The notes under the pieces: generated by a model
Database searches by the model: none
Told to the model about the DNA's origin: nothing
Seen by the model: only the letters and a program-made list of their open reading frames with translations
NCBI GenBank assembly: GCA_052327205.1
Contig: CM126216.1
Coordinates: 89,280,001-89,344,000 of the forward strand
DNA: 64,000 nt
Origin: Somniosus microcephalus
Lineage: Eukaryota
Direction of reading: 5' to 3'
Position numbers and translations under genes: made by a program
In this document: one piece after another, positions 53,421 through 64,000 of the stretch
Layout of the letters: each line of letters begins with the position of its first letter
Numbering within the stretch: position 1 is the stretch's first letter

Positions 53421-55001
53421 CCAATTCTCCTCTTTCAGATTTGCAAACTGATCCTAAGGAAAGGTCTACGTGTGCAAAGCATTAATTTTGTCATATACAT
53501 GTGGTTTCACATTTCACCAAGACAATATACAATATAAATGGTTTATATCAAATTCATTGATGTTCAGATTGTTCATCAGAAGCACCAAGCGACCACATGG
53601 CAGTGAGGGGGGAGTGGTATAACCTGGTGTTGTCCACTCGCACTGGTTACTGGTATAACAATATAGCTTCAATATCTTTTCAAGCATTTGAACCTGGGGT
53701 TATTGCCCAGACTAGTAGCTAGCAGGCTGCTAAATTCAAAAAGCAAAAAAAATATATGCTTAATGTGATCAACAAAGCATGATTTAAAAAAAAAAAAATC
53801 ATAATTGCTACATCTAACAAAAACTGGTCCCACCTCAAAGTTCAAGTTGGAAAGTTTCACAAATAATTTCTAAATGCAGCTGCCAAAGTGAATTAAAAAT
53901 ATAATTCTAATAATAGGACATTAAAACAGAGCCCAATGGAGACACAAAGTAGTATGTCTCAACTGGTGGGCTTGAGCGCAACTACAAAATCAACAAGCAA
54001 GGTTTACTGTGCACTGAATGCGTCCATCTCCTCCCTCAATAACACGAACACTCCCATTTTAAGAAAAATACAGCGGAGACATGAGGAGACGGGGCTTGTG
54101 GCCAAGAGAATACCTGTGAATTTAAAAGTGCTCGTCTCAATATGAAACTAACGGAGGTACAAGAAAGTAGCAGATTCTAACAGTCACAACACCAACAGTT
54201 GAATACTTAACTTATAATAAGTTCATATAAAAGCAGTTCAGTATCAAAGGCGGAGTACATGTCATTAGCAGCTGCATACAATTAGACTTCTACACCAGCA
54301 CTTCATTTGTCAAATGTTAAGTGATGAGCAGTCTGAGCGAGGATTACAGCATTTGTTTAGCATCATTAGCATGTTTTTAAAAAAAGTACAACTAAACAGA
54401 AAACAAGCACACGAACCAAACCAAAGCACTGTTTAATGGACTCTTAATTGCTTCAAAGACTACTGTGTAGATTAAAGGATCAGTTTATGATTACAAACAT
54501 AGGCTTTACCATGGCAGACCGGATCATAATTACCAAGTCAGCTGCCCTTCAATCAGAATCTGCAATTAACTGGCTTTTGTCAATGTTTTTTCGCATGCAG
54601 TTTCCCACTAACTTTCATTTCATATGCAGAACCACATTATGAAAGATTCACAAAGTTTTATTTGTCTGGTAACTAGAAACATAACACGAAAAAGGGATCC
54701 TGCAGAAAAGGGTGTTCATGGAAAATTGGAAATATGCGATACTTGTATTGTACCTCAACATGCACTTTAAGCAGGTCCTAGAGGTGAAGCGGGGACAGTG
54801 AGCGAGAGAGTAGAGTGAAGGAAGTTAGATTAGAAACTATGCTATCTTCACGCATTTGGAAAATCATGCATCCCTCTCCTTTAAAAGGAAAATTGGCAAT
54901 AGGAGTCGTTAGCTTATCTGACTTTTCTTTGGCTGAAAAATGGCAATGTTTTACTAAATAAATGAGCCATTAAAGCTGCCAGATTGTCATAGTTCACTAT
55001 A

Positions 55002-55245
55002 GTCCTTCAGGGAAGGCAGCCTGCTAACGCCAACCTGGTCTGACATGCATGTGACTCCAGTCCCACATTACGTGCTTTATTATTAAAGCCCCCTGAAGAA
55101 GCCTAACAAAGCCATTCAGTTTAAAAAAGAAAGCAACCATTACAAAGCTGCAGCGATTTAAGAAGATGGCCCACCACCATCTTCGCAGGACAACTAGAGA
55201 TGGGCAACAAATGTAGTTATTCCAGCAACTACATTCCCAAAATAA
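55002..55245 (+). mobile_element. Decayed shark-type SINE body with LINE-derived tail
   Basis: ccttcagggaagg...cctggtctg...gtgactccag body, then gcagcg.tt.aagaag..ggcccaccaccatctt...gatgggcaacaaatg tail. Confidence 0.65.
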
Positions 55246-55370
55246 CACAAAAATATACACTTTTTGGCCAAATTAGTAAATCTTTATTGGTTTCGTGAGA
55301 GACAAAAAATACAGTACCTGTATTTGAAAAAGACTAACTATATGCATTCTGTGTCAGATGGACGATTAAT

Positions 55371-56074
55371 GGCCTGTATTTTCCGATCGGAGGCTTCCTG
55401 CGTGCGGAGGCCTCAGATCTGGAAAAAATCTACGCCCTTATCTGAGGGCTCCAGAGGTCCGGCCATTTCCGCTCCTGGGCCTCTCCACGACGAAATGCGC
55501 AGGGTCCACGTATCCCAGGGGCGCATGCGGTTTGCAAATGTCCCTAGGATCATGTGGGCCACGGGGAACCAATGGGAGAAGGGAATCTCCCTTCATACTT
55601 TTGCCAGCTTAGAAAAAACATCAAAACATTAATTTTTTAAAAATCATGTTTTTAAAATGAGTTAAAATTACATTAAATTAAATATTTTAAACAAATATTT
55701 AATTTTTTGAAAAAGTTTTTTTTTTTTTTAAAAAAACGGCTAAAAATAATTACCTTGTTTAAAAGTATTTTAAAATTAAAAACGAGTGAATTTTTTTTTT
55801 TTTTTTTACTTTTTTAAACTCTTATGCTGGTAAAAGCAGGCCTTACACCTGCTTTTACCAGACATAAGATTTCTATGGGTTTTCTGCGGGCGGAGGGTCT
55901 GCAGAAAGCGGAACTCTTCCCCCGCAGAGGCCCTTTTCCAGAGAGGATTCTTGACAGATCGGAAGTGCCGGTTTTCAGCGCATGCGTTTCGCATGCCTGA
56001 AACCGGCACTTGCGAAGTCCCTACGGGTGTGTACACAGCTTGTACACACCTGTAGGCATCGGAAAATATGGGCC
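55371..56074. mobile_element. MITE of the same family, copy 2, inverted relative to copy 1
   Basis: TIRs GGCCTGTATTTTCCGA / TCGGAAAATATGGGCC (14/16). AAT on both flanks (55368-55370, 56075-56077). Internal sequence is the reverse-complement homologue of 6617-7279. Confidence 0.85.
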
Positions 56075-56964
56075 AATATGTTGGTTTACCGTCTGTCTGC
56101 TTTTGAACTAGATAGTTGTGGGGGGTTTTTTTGGGGGGGGGGGGGGGTCTGTCCTGTAAATTTGATAATCAAAAACAGGACAGAAAAAAAATCCATTTTC
56201 AATTGCTGCCTGAATGCAGGAGCGTGTTCTCTGGTTTCCTGAACGCGCACAGCATTTAGGTTTCAATAATGGCTTCTCATCCGTATATCCAGAACCCTGT
56301 CCCCCATAAACCTGGTTTTAGACCAGGAAAATGTGGCCTAACATGTAAGCTGAAGCTCTACAGGTGAACAGAATGTTCCTTTCTAAACTAGGCACCCTCA
56401 AGTTAGCAGGCTTTGAGTCAACAGCATTCAATTTATTCTTGCTTGAGAAACTAAAACCTGTTTTTATTCTTTGACTTTAAAAATGGCTCTGTAACATGCA
56501 ATCCAAGTCAGAAGCAACTATCCTCCCCCAAGACTTCAACAAACTTTAAAGCCCTGGAATCCTCTGACAAGATCATTCACTTTTCTTCTCTGCTGACAAA
56601 ACTCAGACCAGGGGTTCTGTCACATCAGAATACATTTCTGTTCATCACATAATAAACTCATAGTGTAACAGCTGTTAAAAGCTCTAAGTTAATGAGAATG
56701 ATCATTTCAAGGGAAGATTTGTGCTAGTGCATATATTTAGACTATCATCCAATTGTTAATTAGAAGTATGAGTGCACGGTTTAGTCTGTTAAAGCAAATA
56801 AAACTGATTTTTAAGTTACAATTTAGAAGCACATACATGGATATGGTTAGTTTAAAAAGGAATAAGAGGAGTACAGTATACATTGGTCTAAGTAAGCTTC
56901 GGGAAAACAAAAGTCGATAAATAAACTAAAACTAGAAAATTAAAAGTAATATAAGGGTTAAGTC

Positions 56965-57912
56965 ATGGCAGTAGAGCTCGGACCTGTGTCATGCTCCTCC
57001 TGTAACATGTGGGAAATCAGGGACGCTTCCTGTGTCCCTGACGACTATGTGTGCAGGAAGTGTGTCCAGCTGCAGCTCATGTGGGACCGCATGACGGCCC
57101 TTGAGCTGCAGGTGGACTCACTTTGGAGCATCCACGATTCTGAGAGGGGTGTGGATAGCACATTTAGTGAGTTGGTCACACCGCAGGTTAAGGCCAGCGT
57201 AGACAGTACATGGGTGACCAAAAGGCAGAGCAAGGGCAGGAAGGTAGTGCAGAAATCCCCTGGGGTTGTCTCCCTTAGCAACAGGTTCACCGCCTTAGGT
57301 ACTGTTGTCGGGGGGGGTGACACATCGGGGGAAGGCACCAGCAGCCAGGCTCATGGCACCATGACTGGCTCTGTTGCAAAGAAGGGAGGGAAAAAGAGTG
57401 GCAGGGCTATAGTAATAGGGGATTCGATTGTAAGGGGAATAGATAGGGGTTTCTGTGGTCGCGACCGAGACTCCAGGATGGTATGTTGCCTCCCTGGTGC
57501 AAGGGTCAAGGATGTCTCGGCGCGGGTGCAGAACATTCTGGAGGGGGAGGGGGAACAGCCAGTTGTCGTGATACATGTTGGTACCAACGACGTAGCTAAA
57601 AAAAGGGAAGAGGTCCTACAAGTAGAATTTAGGGAGTTAGGAGCCAAACTAAAAAGTAGGACCTCGAAGGTAGTAATCTCGGGATTACTACCAGTGCCAC
57701 GTGCTAGTAAGAGTACAGAGAACAGGATAGTTAGGCTAAATACGTGGCTTGAGCAGTGGTGTAAGAGGGAGGGTTTTAAATTTTTGAGGCATTGGAACCA
57801 GTTTTGTGGTAGGTGTGACCTATACAAAAGGGACGGTCTACACCTGTGCAGAGATGGAACTGATGTTCTCGGGGTAATTTTTGATAAAGCAGTTCGGGAG
57901 CATTTAAACTAG
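56965..57912 (+). CDS. CR1 ORF1p: CxxC..CxxC zinc finger, leucine-zipper-like region and SGNH esterase domain (315 aa)
   Basis: CSSC-x16-CRKC at the N-terminus. SGNH blocks IGDSIVR, PGA, HVGTND and DGLH are all intact. Confidence 0.93.
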   Translation: MAVELGPVSCSSCNMWEIRDASCVPDDYVCRKCVQLQLMWDRMTALELQVDSLWSIHDSERGVDSTFSELVTPQVKASVDSTWVTKRQSKGRKVVQKSPGVVSLSNRFTALGTVVGGGDTSGEGTSSQAHGTMTGSVAKKGGKKSGRAIVIGDSIVRGIDRGFCGRDRDSRMVCCLPGARVKDVSARVQNILEGEGEQPVVVIHVGTNDVAKKREEVLQVEFRELGAKLKSRTSKVVISGLLPVPRASKSTENRIVRLNTWLEQWCKREGFKFLRHWNQFCGRCDLYKRDGLHLCRDGTDVLGVIFDKAVREHLN

Positions 57913-60854
57913 TATGGCAGGGGGCTAGAAACCTATGTAGTGAAATAGAGGAAAGTGAAAGGCAGACAGAAATAAATGATAAAAGGGTGAGGAACAAAAA
58001 ACAAAGGGCCAAACTAATTCATAAAAAATGTGAGCATAAAAAAAGCCTGAGGGTTTTATACCTTAATGCGAGAAGCATCAGGAACAAGGTAGATGAATTA
58101 GCTGTGGAAATAGAGGTTAATAATTATGATCTAATTGGGATTACGGAAACATGGTTGCAGGGTGAGCAGGGCTGGGAGCTTAACATACAGGGGTATTCAG
58201 TATTTAGGAAGGATCGACAAAAAAGAAAGGGAGGAGGGGTAGCATTGCTAGTAAAAGAGGGGATAAATGCAATTGAAAGGAAGGATATTAACTCAGTTAA
58301 TACAGAATCTATATGGGTGGAGCTAAGAAATAGCGAGGGGCGAAAAACATTAATAGGAGTGGTATATAGGCCTCCAAATAGTAAAATAGAGGTTAGGGAG
58401 GGCATCACGAGGGAAATTAGAGAAGCGTGCAATAAGAGCACAGCTGTCATCATAGGTGACTTTAACTTACATATAGATTGGACTAGCCTAATCAGTAAAA
58501 ATAATGAGGAGGAGGAATTCCTTGAGTGTTTGAGGGATGGTTATCTGGATCAATATGTCGAGGAACCAACTCGGGAACAGGCTATATTGGACTGGGTACT
58601 GTGCAATGAGAAGGGACTAATCAGTAATCTTGTTGTACGGGGACCCTTGGGTCAGAGCGATCATAACATGATCGATTTCTCACTCGAAATGGAGAGCGAA
58701 GAAATTGACTCAGAGACTAAGGTCCTGAATTTAAACAAGGGGAATTATGATGCCATGAGACGGGAACTGAGTAGGTCTGAGTGGACAACGTTCCTGGGAG
58801 GACTGGAGGTAGATAAACAATGGCAAACATTTAAAGATAGAATGACAAAATTGCAAAAATTGTTTATACCAATCTGGCATAAAAGGAAATCTAAAAAGGT
58901 GACTCAACCGTGGATAACAGGGGAAATTAGAGACAGCATAAAATCCAAAGATAGGGCGTATAAAATAGCCAAAAAAAGCGCCAGAGCGGAAGATTGGGAA
59001 CAGTTTAAGATAGAGCAAAGGAGGGCAAAGGGCATAATCAAGAGGGGCAAAATAGCTTACGAAAACAAGCTGGCGGAAAATATAAAAACTAACTCCAAAA
59101 GCTTTTATAAGTATATCAAAAGGAAAAGACTGGTGAAAACCAAAGTTGGTCCATTGCAGTCAGATACGGGGGAATATATAATGGGAAATAAGGAAATGGC
59201 AGATCAACTAAATGCATACTTTGGGTCAGTCTTTACGAAGGAAGACACAAAAAACCTCCCTGGGATATCGGGAAAAATAGGGACATTGGCAAAGGAGGAA
59301 CTGACGCAAATCAATATCTCTAAGGATATGGTGTTAAGGAAGCTAAAGGGATTGAAGGTGGACAAATCCCCAGGGCCTGATAACATGCATCCTAGGGTAC
59401 TGAAGGAGGTGGCCCTAGAGATAGCGGATGCACTAAGGATGATTTTTCAGAATTCATTAGACTCGGGAACAGTACCGATGGATTGGAGGGTAGCTAACGT
59501 TACCCCACTATTCAAAAAGGGGGGTAGGGAAAAAGCAGGTAATTACAGACCTGTAAGCCTTACATCAGTTGTGGGCAAAATGCTGGAGTCCATCATTAAG
59601 GATGAAATAGCGGAGCACTTAGCAAATGGGGACAGGATAGGACAGAGTCAACATGGATTTACAAAGGGTAAATCGTGCTTGACTAATCTATTGGAATTTT
59701 TTGAGGGAGTAACTGGTAGAATAGATGGGGGAGAGCCAGTAGATGTGGTGTACCTGGACTTCCAAAAGGCCTTCGATAAGGTCCCACATAAAAGATTAGC
59801 ATGGAAAATTGAGGCTCATGGGATAAAGGGGAAAGTTTTGGCGTGGATAGGGAACTGGCTGTCAGATAGAAAACAGAGAGTTGGAATAAACGGCTCATTT
59901 TCTGAATGGCAGGCAGTAACAAGTGGGGTACCACAGGGATCTGTCCTGGGCCCCCAGCTGTTCACAATTTACATTAATGACCTGGATCAGGGAGTCGGAT
60001 GCAGCATTTCCAAATTTGCAGACGACACTAAACTAGGAGGGGGGGTGGGCTCAGAGGAAGAGACCAGGAAGCTCCAGAGCGATTTGGACAGACTGGGCGA
60101 TTGGGCGGATAAATGGCAGATGCACTATAATGTGGACAAGTGCGAAGTTATCCACCTTGGGTGCAGGAACGGGAGGGCAAATTATTATTTAAATGGCAAT
60201 AGATTGGGAGAGGGGGAAGTACAGAGAGACCTGGGTGTTCTTGTACACCAGTCACTGAAGGCGAGCATGCAGGTGCAACAGGCGGTCAAGAAGGCAAACG
60301 GTATGCTGGCCTTCATAGCAAAAGGGTTAGAATACAGGAACAGGGATACCTTGCTGCAGCTGTACAGGGCACTGGTGAGACCACACCTCGAGTACTGTGT
60401 ACAGTTTTGGTCGCCTCATCTGAGGAAGGATGTTCTTGCCATGGAGGGGGTGCAGCGGCGATTCACCAGGCTGATACCAGGAATGGCGGGAATGACCTAT
60501 GAGGAGAGACTATGTAGTTTAGGGATGTACACACTGGAGTTTAGAAGATTGAGAGGGGACCTCATAGAAGTGTATAAAATTCTGACAGGTCTAGACAGAC
60601 TGGATGCAGAAGGAATGTTTCCCTTGGCGGGTGAGAACAGAACTAGAGGACATAATTTAAGGATAAGGGCTAAACCATTTAGGACAGAGATGAGGGGGAA
60701 TTTCTTCACTCAGAGAGTGGTGAACCTGTGGAACTCATTGCCACAGAGGGCAGTGTACGCCAGCTCATTAAATATATTTAAGAGGGAATTAGATATATTT
60801 CTACGGGCAAAAGGGGTTAAGGGTTACGGAGAGAAGGCGGGGACGGGATACTGA
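57888..60854 (+). CDS. CR1 ORF2p: APE-type endonuclease plus reverse transcriptase (stop-to-stop open frame; no AUG until 58668)
   Basis: APE motifs YLNARS, ITETWL, VYRPP, GDFN and SDHN. RT motifs YRPVSLTS, QHGF, DFQKAFD, GVPQGSVLGP and FADD. The frame opens after TAA at 57885-57887. The 'start' at 57987 in the ORF track is a GTG. Confidence 0.95.
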   Translation, partial: SSSGAFKLVWQGARNLCSEIEESERQTEINDKRVRNKKQRAKLIHKKCEHKKSLRVLYLNARSIRNKVDELAVEIEVNNYDLIGITETWLQGEQGWELNIQGYSVFRKDRQKRKGGGVALLVKEGINAIERKDINSVNTESIWVELRNSEGRKTLIGVVYRPPNSKIEVREGITREIREACNKSTAVIIGDFNLHIDWTSLISKNNEEEEFLECLRDGYLDQYVEEPTREQAILDWVLCNEKGLISNLVVRGPLGQSDHNMIDFSLEMESEEIDSETKVLNLNKGNYDAMRRELSRSEWTTFLGGLEVDKQWQTFKDRMTKLQKLFIPIWHKRKSKKVTQPWITGEIRDSIKSKDRAYKIAKKSARAEDWEQFKIEQRRAKGIIKRGKIAYENKLAENIKTNSKSFYKYIKRKRLVKTKVGPLQSDTGEYIMGNKEMADQLNAYFGSVFTKEDTKNLPGISGKIGTLAKEELTQINISKDMVLRKLKGLKVDKSPGPDNMHPRVLKEVALEIADALRMIFQNSLDSGTVPMDWRVANVTPLFKKGGREKAGNYRPVSLTSVVGKMLESIIKDEIAEHLANGDRIGQSQHGFTKGKSCLTNLLEFFEGVTGRIDGGEPVDVVYLDFQKAFDKVPHKRLAWKIEAHGIKGKVLAWIGNWLSDRKQRVGINGSFSEWQAVTSGVPQGSVLGPQLFTIYINDLDQGVGCSISKFADDTKLGGGVGSEEETRKLQSDLDRLGDWADKWQMHYNVDKCEVIHLGCRNGRANYYLNGNRLGEGEVQRDLGVLVHQSLKASMQVQQAVKKANGMLAFIAKGLEYRNRDTLLQLYRALVRPHLEYCVQFWSPHLRKDVLAMEGVQRRFTRLIPGMAGMTYEERLCSLGMYTLEFRRLRGDLIEVYKILTGLDRLDAEGMFPLAGENRTRGHNLRIRAKPFRTEMRGNFFTQRVVNLWNSLPQRAVYASSLNIFKRELDIFLRAKGVKGYGEKAGTGY

Positions 60855-61025
60855 ATTAAAGGATCAGCCATGATCTCATCGAATGGCGGAGCAGGCACGA
60901 AGGGCCGAATGGCCTACTCCTGCTCCTATCTTCTATGTATCTATGATATCAGTGAAACCCATTAATTGGCTATCCTACATTTAAGAGATGTCACTCATTC
61001 TAACGGAAAGAAGATCTTTGCAAAA

Positions 61026-61260
61026 TGTGGTAAACCACTGTTTGTATTCCTGTTTGTCCTGTTTGTATTCCACTGTGTACATGCCTGGACATGCCTCGGC
61101 TGACTCCTCCCACAGGTCCTAGTATAAAGGTGACTGCTCCCCAGCCCTTCGTATCCTGGACCGGTCGACCACTCGAGGCAGACCTCCATTCTGTTGTTAA
61201 TAAAAGCCTTTAGTTACTCTTCTAACTCTCAGTCTTTTATGAGTAATTGATAGCGCATCA
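61026..61260 (+). mobile_element. Solo LTR (235 bp)
   Basis: TG...CA termini, 5-bp TSD CAAAA (61021-61025, 61261-61265), TATAAA at 61123, AATAAA at 61199. Confidence 0.8.
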
Positions 61261-62625
61261 CAAAACCACTGCAATTGATCAGTTATCTTCCAATGTACAA
61301 CACAGTGCCATTCACCACTTTGCAAGTAGGGATTATTGAAGTGAGTTAGACAGGAGGGCGGATTTTTCTTGATGAATTTCCAAGATGATATCGTTTAAGT
61401 AGGAATGCAAAAAATGTTAGTCAATTTGTGCTTGTAATAAAAGGTAAAATAAGGTCAGCTTACGTTTGAGCAAATTTTGCAATTTCCCACAACTATTGTT
61501 AAAAAACAGACCTAGTCCCAAAATGCCCAATAAACCAGTTTGAAATCCTCTTCCTACTGAATGCAAGCCTGCTAGTGCTAATTTGGTTCTTTGATACTTC
61601 AGGATAGTGACTGCTAAACAGGCTGAATGCAGATTTTAATTGTGTTTAAGAATAAGGTTGGGCAGTGGTTCTCAAAGACTGTCCAGCTATGGTGCTCAAC
61701 AGTAACTGGACTTGCGCATAATATATATTTGCATGGTTAAAAACAGTCTTGAGCTTTTGCATACTTTCTTTTCAAACTCATTTGCTGTATCATTGCAGTA
61801 AAAAGGAGGCTTTAGTTTATCGCTCCCTCATTTGAGTGAGAAAGAGATCCAACGTAGGTATCACAGAAAACAATGCCATTTTAGAGCATAATTTATTTTT
61901 GGGGTCATTCAAGTCGCCTAACATGACATAATAGTTCCAAAACATGATCAGTTTAAAAAAATATATGAATGACGAGGTCTACACTAGCATAACTCGCATT
62001 TCCTAAATTAGATTATATTGTGCGATATTATTTAACGAGATTTCTTCCAAATGTATCAAAATCAAAGTACTATAATCCTAGCGTGTCATTTTTAACAATT
62101 GTGCTGTAAAACTAACTCATAGTAAGAGAGAAAAAGACAACAAATACAGGTAGGGTGCAGAACTCGCAAGAAAGGTTTGCATTTTATATAGCATCTTATT
62201 ATGTCTCTTAGAAACAGCCCATGTATGACATGGTGCATATACAATGAATTATTGTACTGAATTACTTTTGAAGTGTAGTCACTGTTGTTTTGGAGGCAAG
62301 GTCAAACACAAACAGCAATGAGATGATTGAGCAGTTTATCTGTTTTTGGTAGTATTGTACTCGGAGGACTCACTACAAAAATCAGACCACAGAGATGGTG
62401 GATAGGCACTCTGCTCTAGCTGTGGGAGAATGCGAGATCGGTGGAATAGTACAAGCTACTGAGTGTGGACCCAAACAGTCGCCATGGCATCCCTATGAAG
62501 CAGCGGACAGCCAGATGCTTTCTCATCCTTCTCGGTCTCCTTAATCTCAAGGGGTTATGCTCACTCACTCACTCTATGACTCTCTTAGCTTATGCCCTCA
62601 TTTCCTGAAGATCCATCACAGCAAT

Positions 62626-62654
62626 GGGGGGGGGGGGGGGGGGGGGGGGGGGGG
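62626..62654. repeat. Poly(G) tract, 29 nt
   Basis: Directly visible homopolymer. Shorter G/C runs occur at 11-28, 7967-7980, 16862-16875, 19155-19171 and 19749-19764. Confidence 0.9.
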
Positions 62655-64000
62655 AGGTGGGGTAGAGGACGATAAAGATGCTGATGAGTGGGTAGGAAGT
62701 TTTTTTTCTGGTGGATTATAATGTTGACAATAATGATCTACCCAAGAGCCAGCACAGGCACGATGGGCTGAATGGCCGGTTTCTGTGCTGTCTCATTCTA
62801 TGAAGAGGAAAATGATGAGGACCTGCCACACAAGTCCCTGGAATAAGACAGGGCCCCATATTCCTCTAACCCAGTAACATCCCCTGCTTTATTTGTTTTC
62901 TCACTCCCACACACCAGCTCAGATTCTTTCATGGGGGTGGGACGAAGGTAGAGGAGGTGGTGTTAATGAGGATGTGGCATTGGTTGATTCACAGAGCACA
63001 AGGGAGCTGGGAGTCGCTGAAGATATCCAACCTTCCCAGCAGAGGGTACGGAAAAGGCTGTTCTTGGATTTGGAGTTGTGGGACCCAGATCTCATTAGGT
63101 ACTTGAAGAGAAGGATGCTCAAGAAATGTCACATGTACATGGAGGCTCTGAGGTTAGTCTCAGAGGATGTGCGGCAACGAATAGGTATCACTTTGGAGTC
63201 TCCGGCCCTCATTTGTAGTATCAGGGAAGGCTTTTCTTTATTGCGTGCATCAATACAGCATTTAGCAGTTTTTCTGGAGTCTGTGGCGGTTCTCCTCCTC
63301 ATAAGTGGCCTGAGCCCAGTAGATGCCTCTTCCTCCATGAAAGCATACAGCCCTGGTTGCAATGGACAGAACCTTGCAATCAAGCTTTCAGACACTTGAG
63401 ATGCAGATCACTTTCTCTCGAGGCTTTCAGGATCAATGGCAGATATTCCAGTGATCAGTGGACAACAGATCCATGGCCCAGAAAAATGACAAGGCTATAG
63501 TCGACATGTACCTGCCATTTCTCAGAACAGCAGCACATGCCAGGCTATCTCCTCAGAGCACCATACAAGTGGCTCGTAGGAGGAGATACCAGACTGCTCA
63601 GGCAGACGGTCAAGAGATGCAGCCAATAGAAGGCCCTTCCCAGAAGCAAGTTGCTAAGAGAGGAGGGCCACCTCGGTTGCAAAAGCTTTTGGCACCACAA
63701 GAGATGCTGACAGTCTCTTGTGATACTGGACTACAGGTCGTAACTAAGAAGCACCAGAACAGGAGAAAGAAAGGCTCCTCTAGACAGCCAGAGGAAGGAC
63801 AGTGTGAAGGAATAGGATGGTTAGTAATCCTCTGGAAGTGGTTGCAATAAAAGAGAAGATGCATTTATCTCATGCTCATGTATTCATGGAGATGTAGCCA
63901 TACAAGAGGTGGAACTTATTTTGTGCTCATATATTCATGGAGATTGTAAAGACTTGTAGGGGTCAAGTAGAAGCATAACAGGTCTGAGGTTCTAAGAATA

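Larger units (their letters stand above)
56845..60945 (+). mobile_element. Apparently intact CR1-clade LINE, antisense within an EXT2 intron (5' boundary approximate)
   Basis: Two uninterrupted ORFs. The CR1-type 3' UTR (gatcagccatgatct...ggccgaatggcctactcctgctcctat) ends in (tctatg) repeats at about 60945. A possible short TSD GATAT lies at 56840-56844 and 60945-60949. Confidence 0.95.

Noticed and set aside
57987-57989. ORF-track start of the 955-aa CR1 ORF2
   Set aside because: The codon is GTG, not ATG, and the frame is open further upstream to 57888, so it is not accepted as the true start.
52628-64000. Next upstream EXT2 exon (…SNRFFPY…DDD…)
   Set aside because: Not found by eye on the minus strand. 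It probably lies beyond the window.

Overview
Vertebrate genomic DNA, most likely from a cartilaginous fish (shark). That assignment is inferred from the repeat families and from protein divergence. The window has two convergent genes. ALX4 is on the + strand: coding exons 2, 3 and 4 lie at 18428-18726, 22275-22400 and 33242-33571, and exon 1 is not seen, so it is presumably upstream. The last four coding exons of EXT2 are on the - strand: 52484-52627, 41869-41997, 41025-41107 and 40129-40267. This is the same tail-to-tail ALX4/EXT2 arrangement as in human. The rest is intron or intergenic sequence rich in mobile DNA: several decayed CR1 and L2 LINEs, a Vingi-like fragment, several tRNA-derived SINE families (including LF-SINE-like copies), MITEs, two small solo LTRs, Penelope-like micro-insertions, and one apparently intact CR1 LINE (ORF1 zinc finger plus SGNH esterase; ORF2 endonuclease plus reverse transcriptase). 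The most striking observation is in that CR1. ORF2 has no in-frame AUG ahead of its endonuclease domain and overlaps the end of ORF1 in the -1 frame. The overlap contains an in-frame U_UUA_AAC slippery heptamer directly before the ORF1 stop. The same heptamer-plus-stop is kept in a diverged, decayed CR1 copy at 8344. This suggests programmed -1 ribosomal frameshifting in a non-LTR retrotransposon. Repeat family names come from recalled consensus features and need Dfam/Repbase confirmation.
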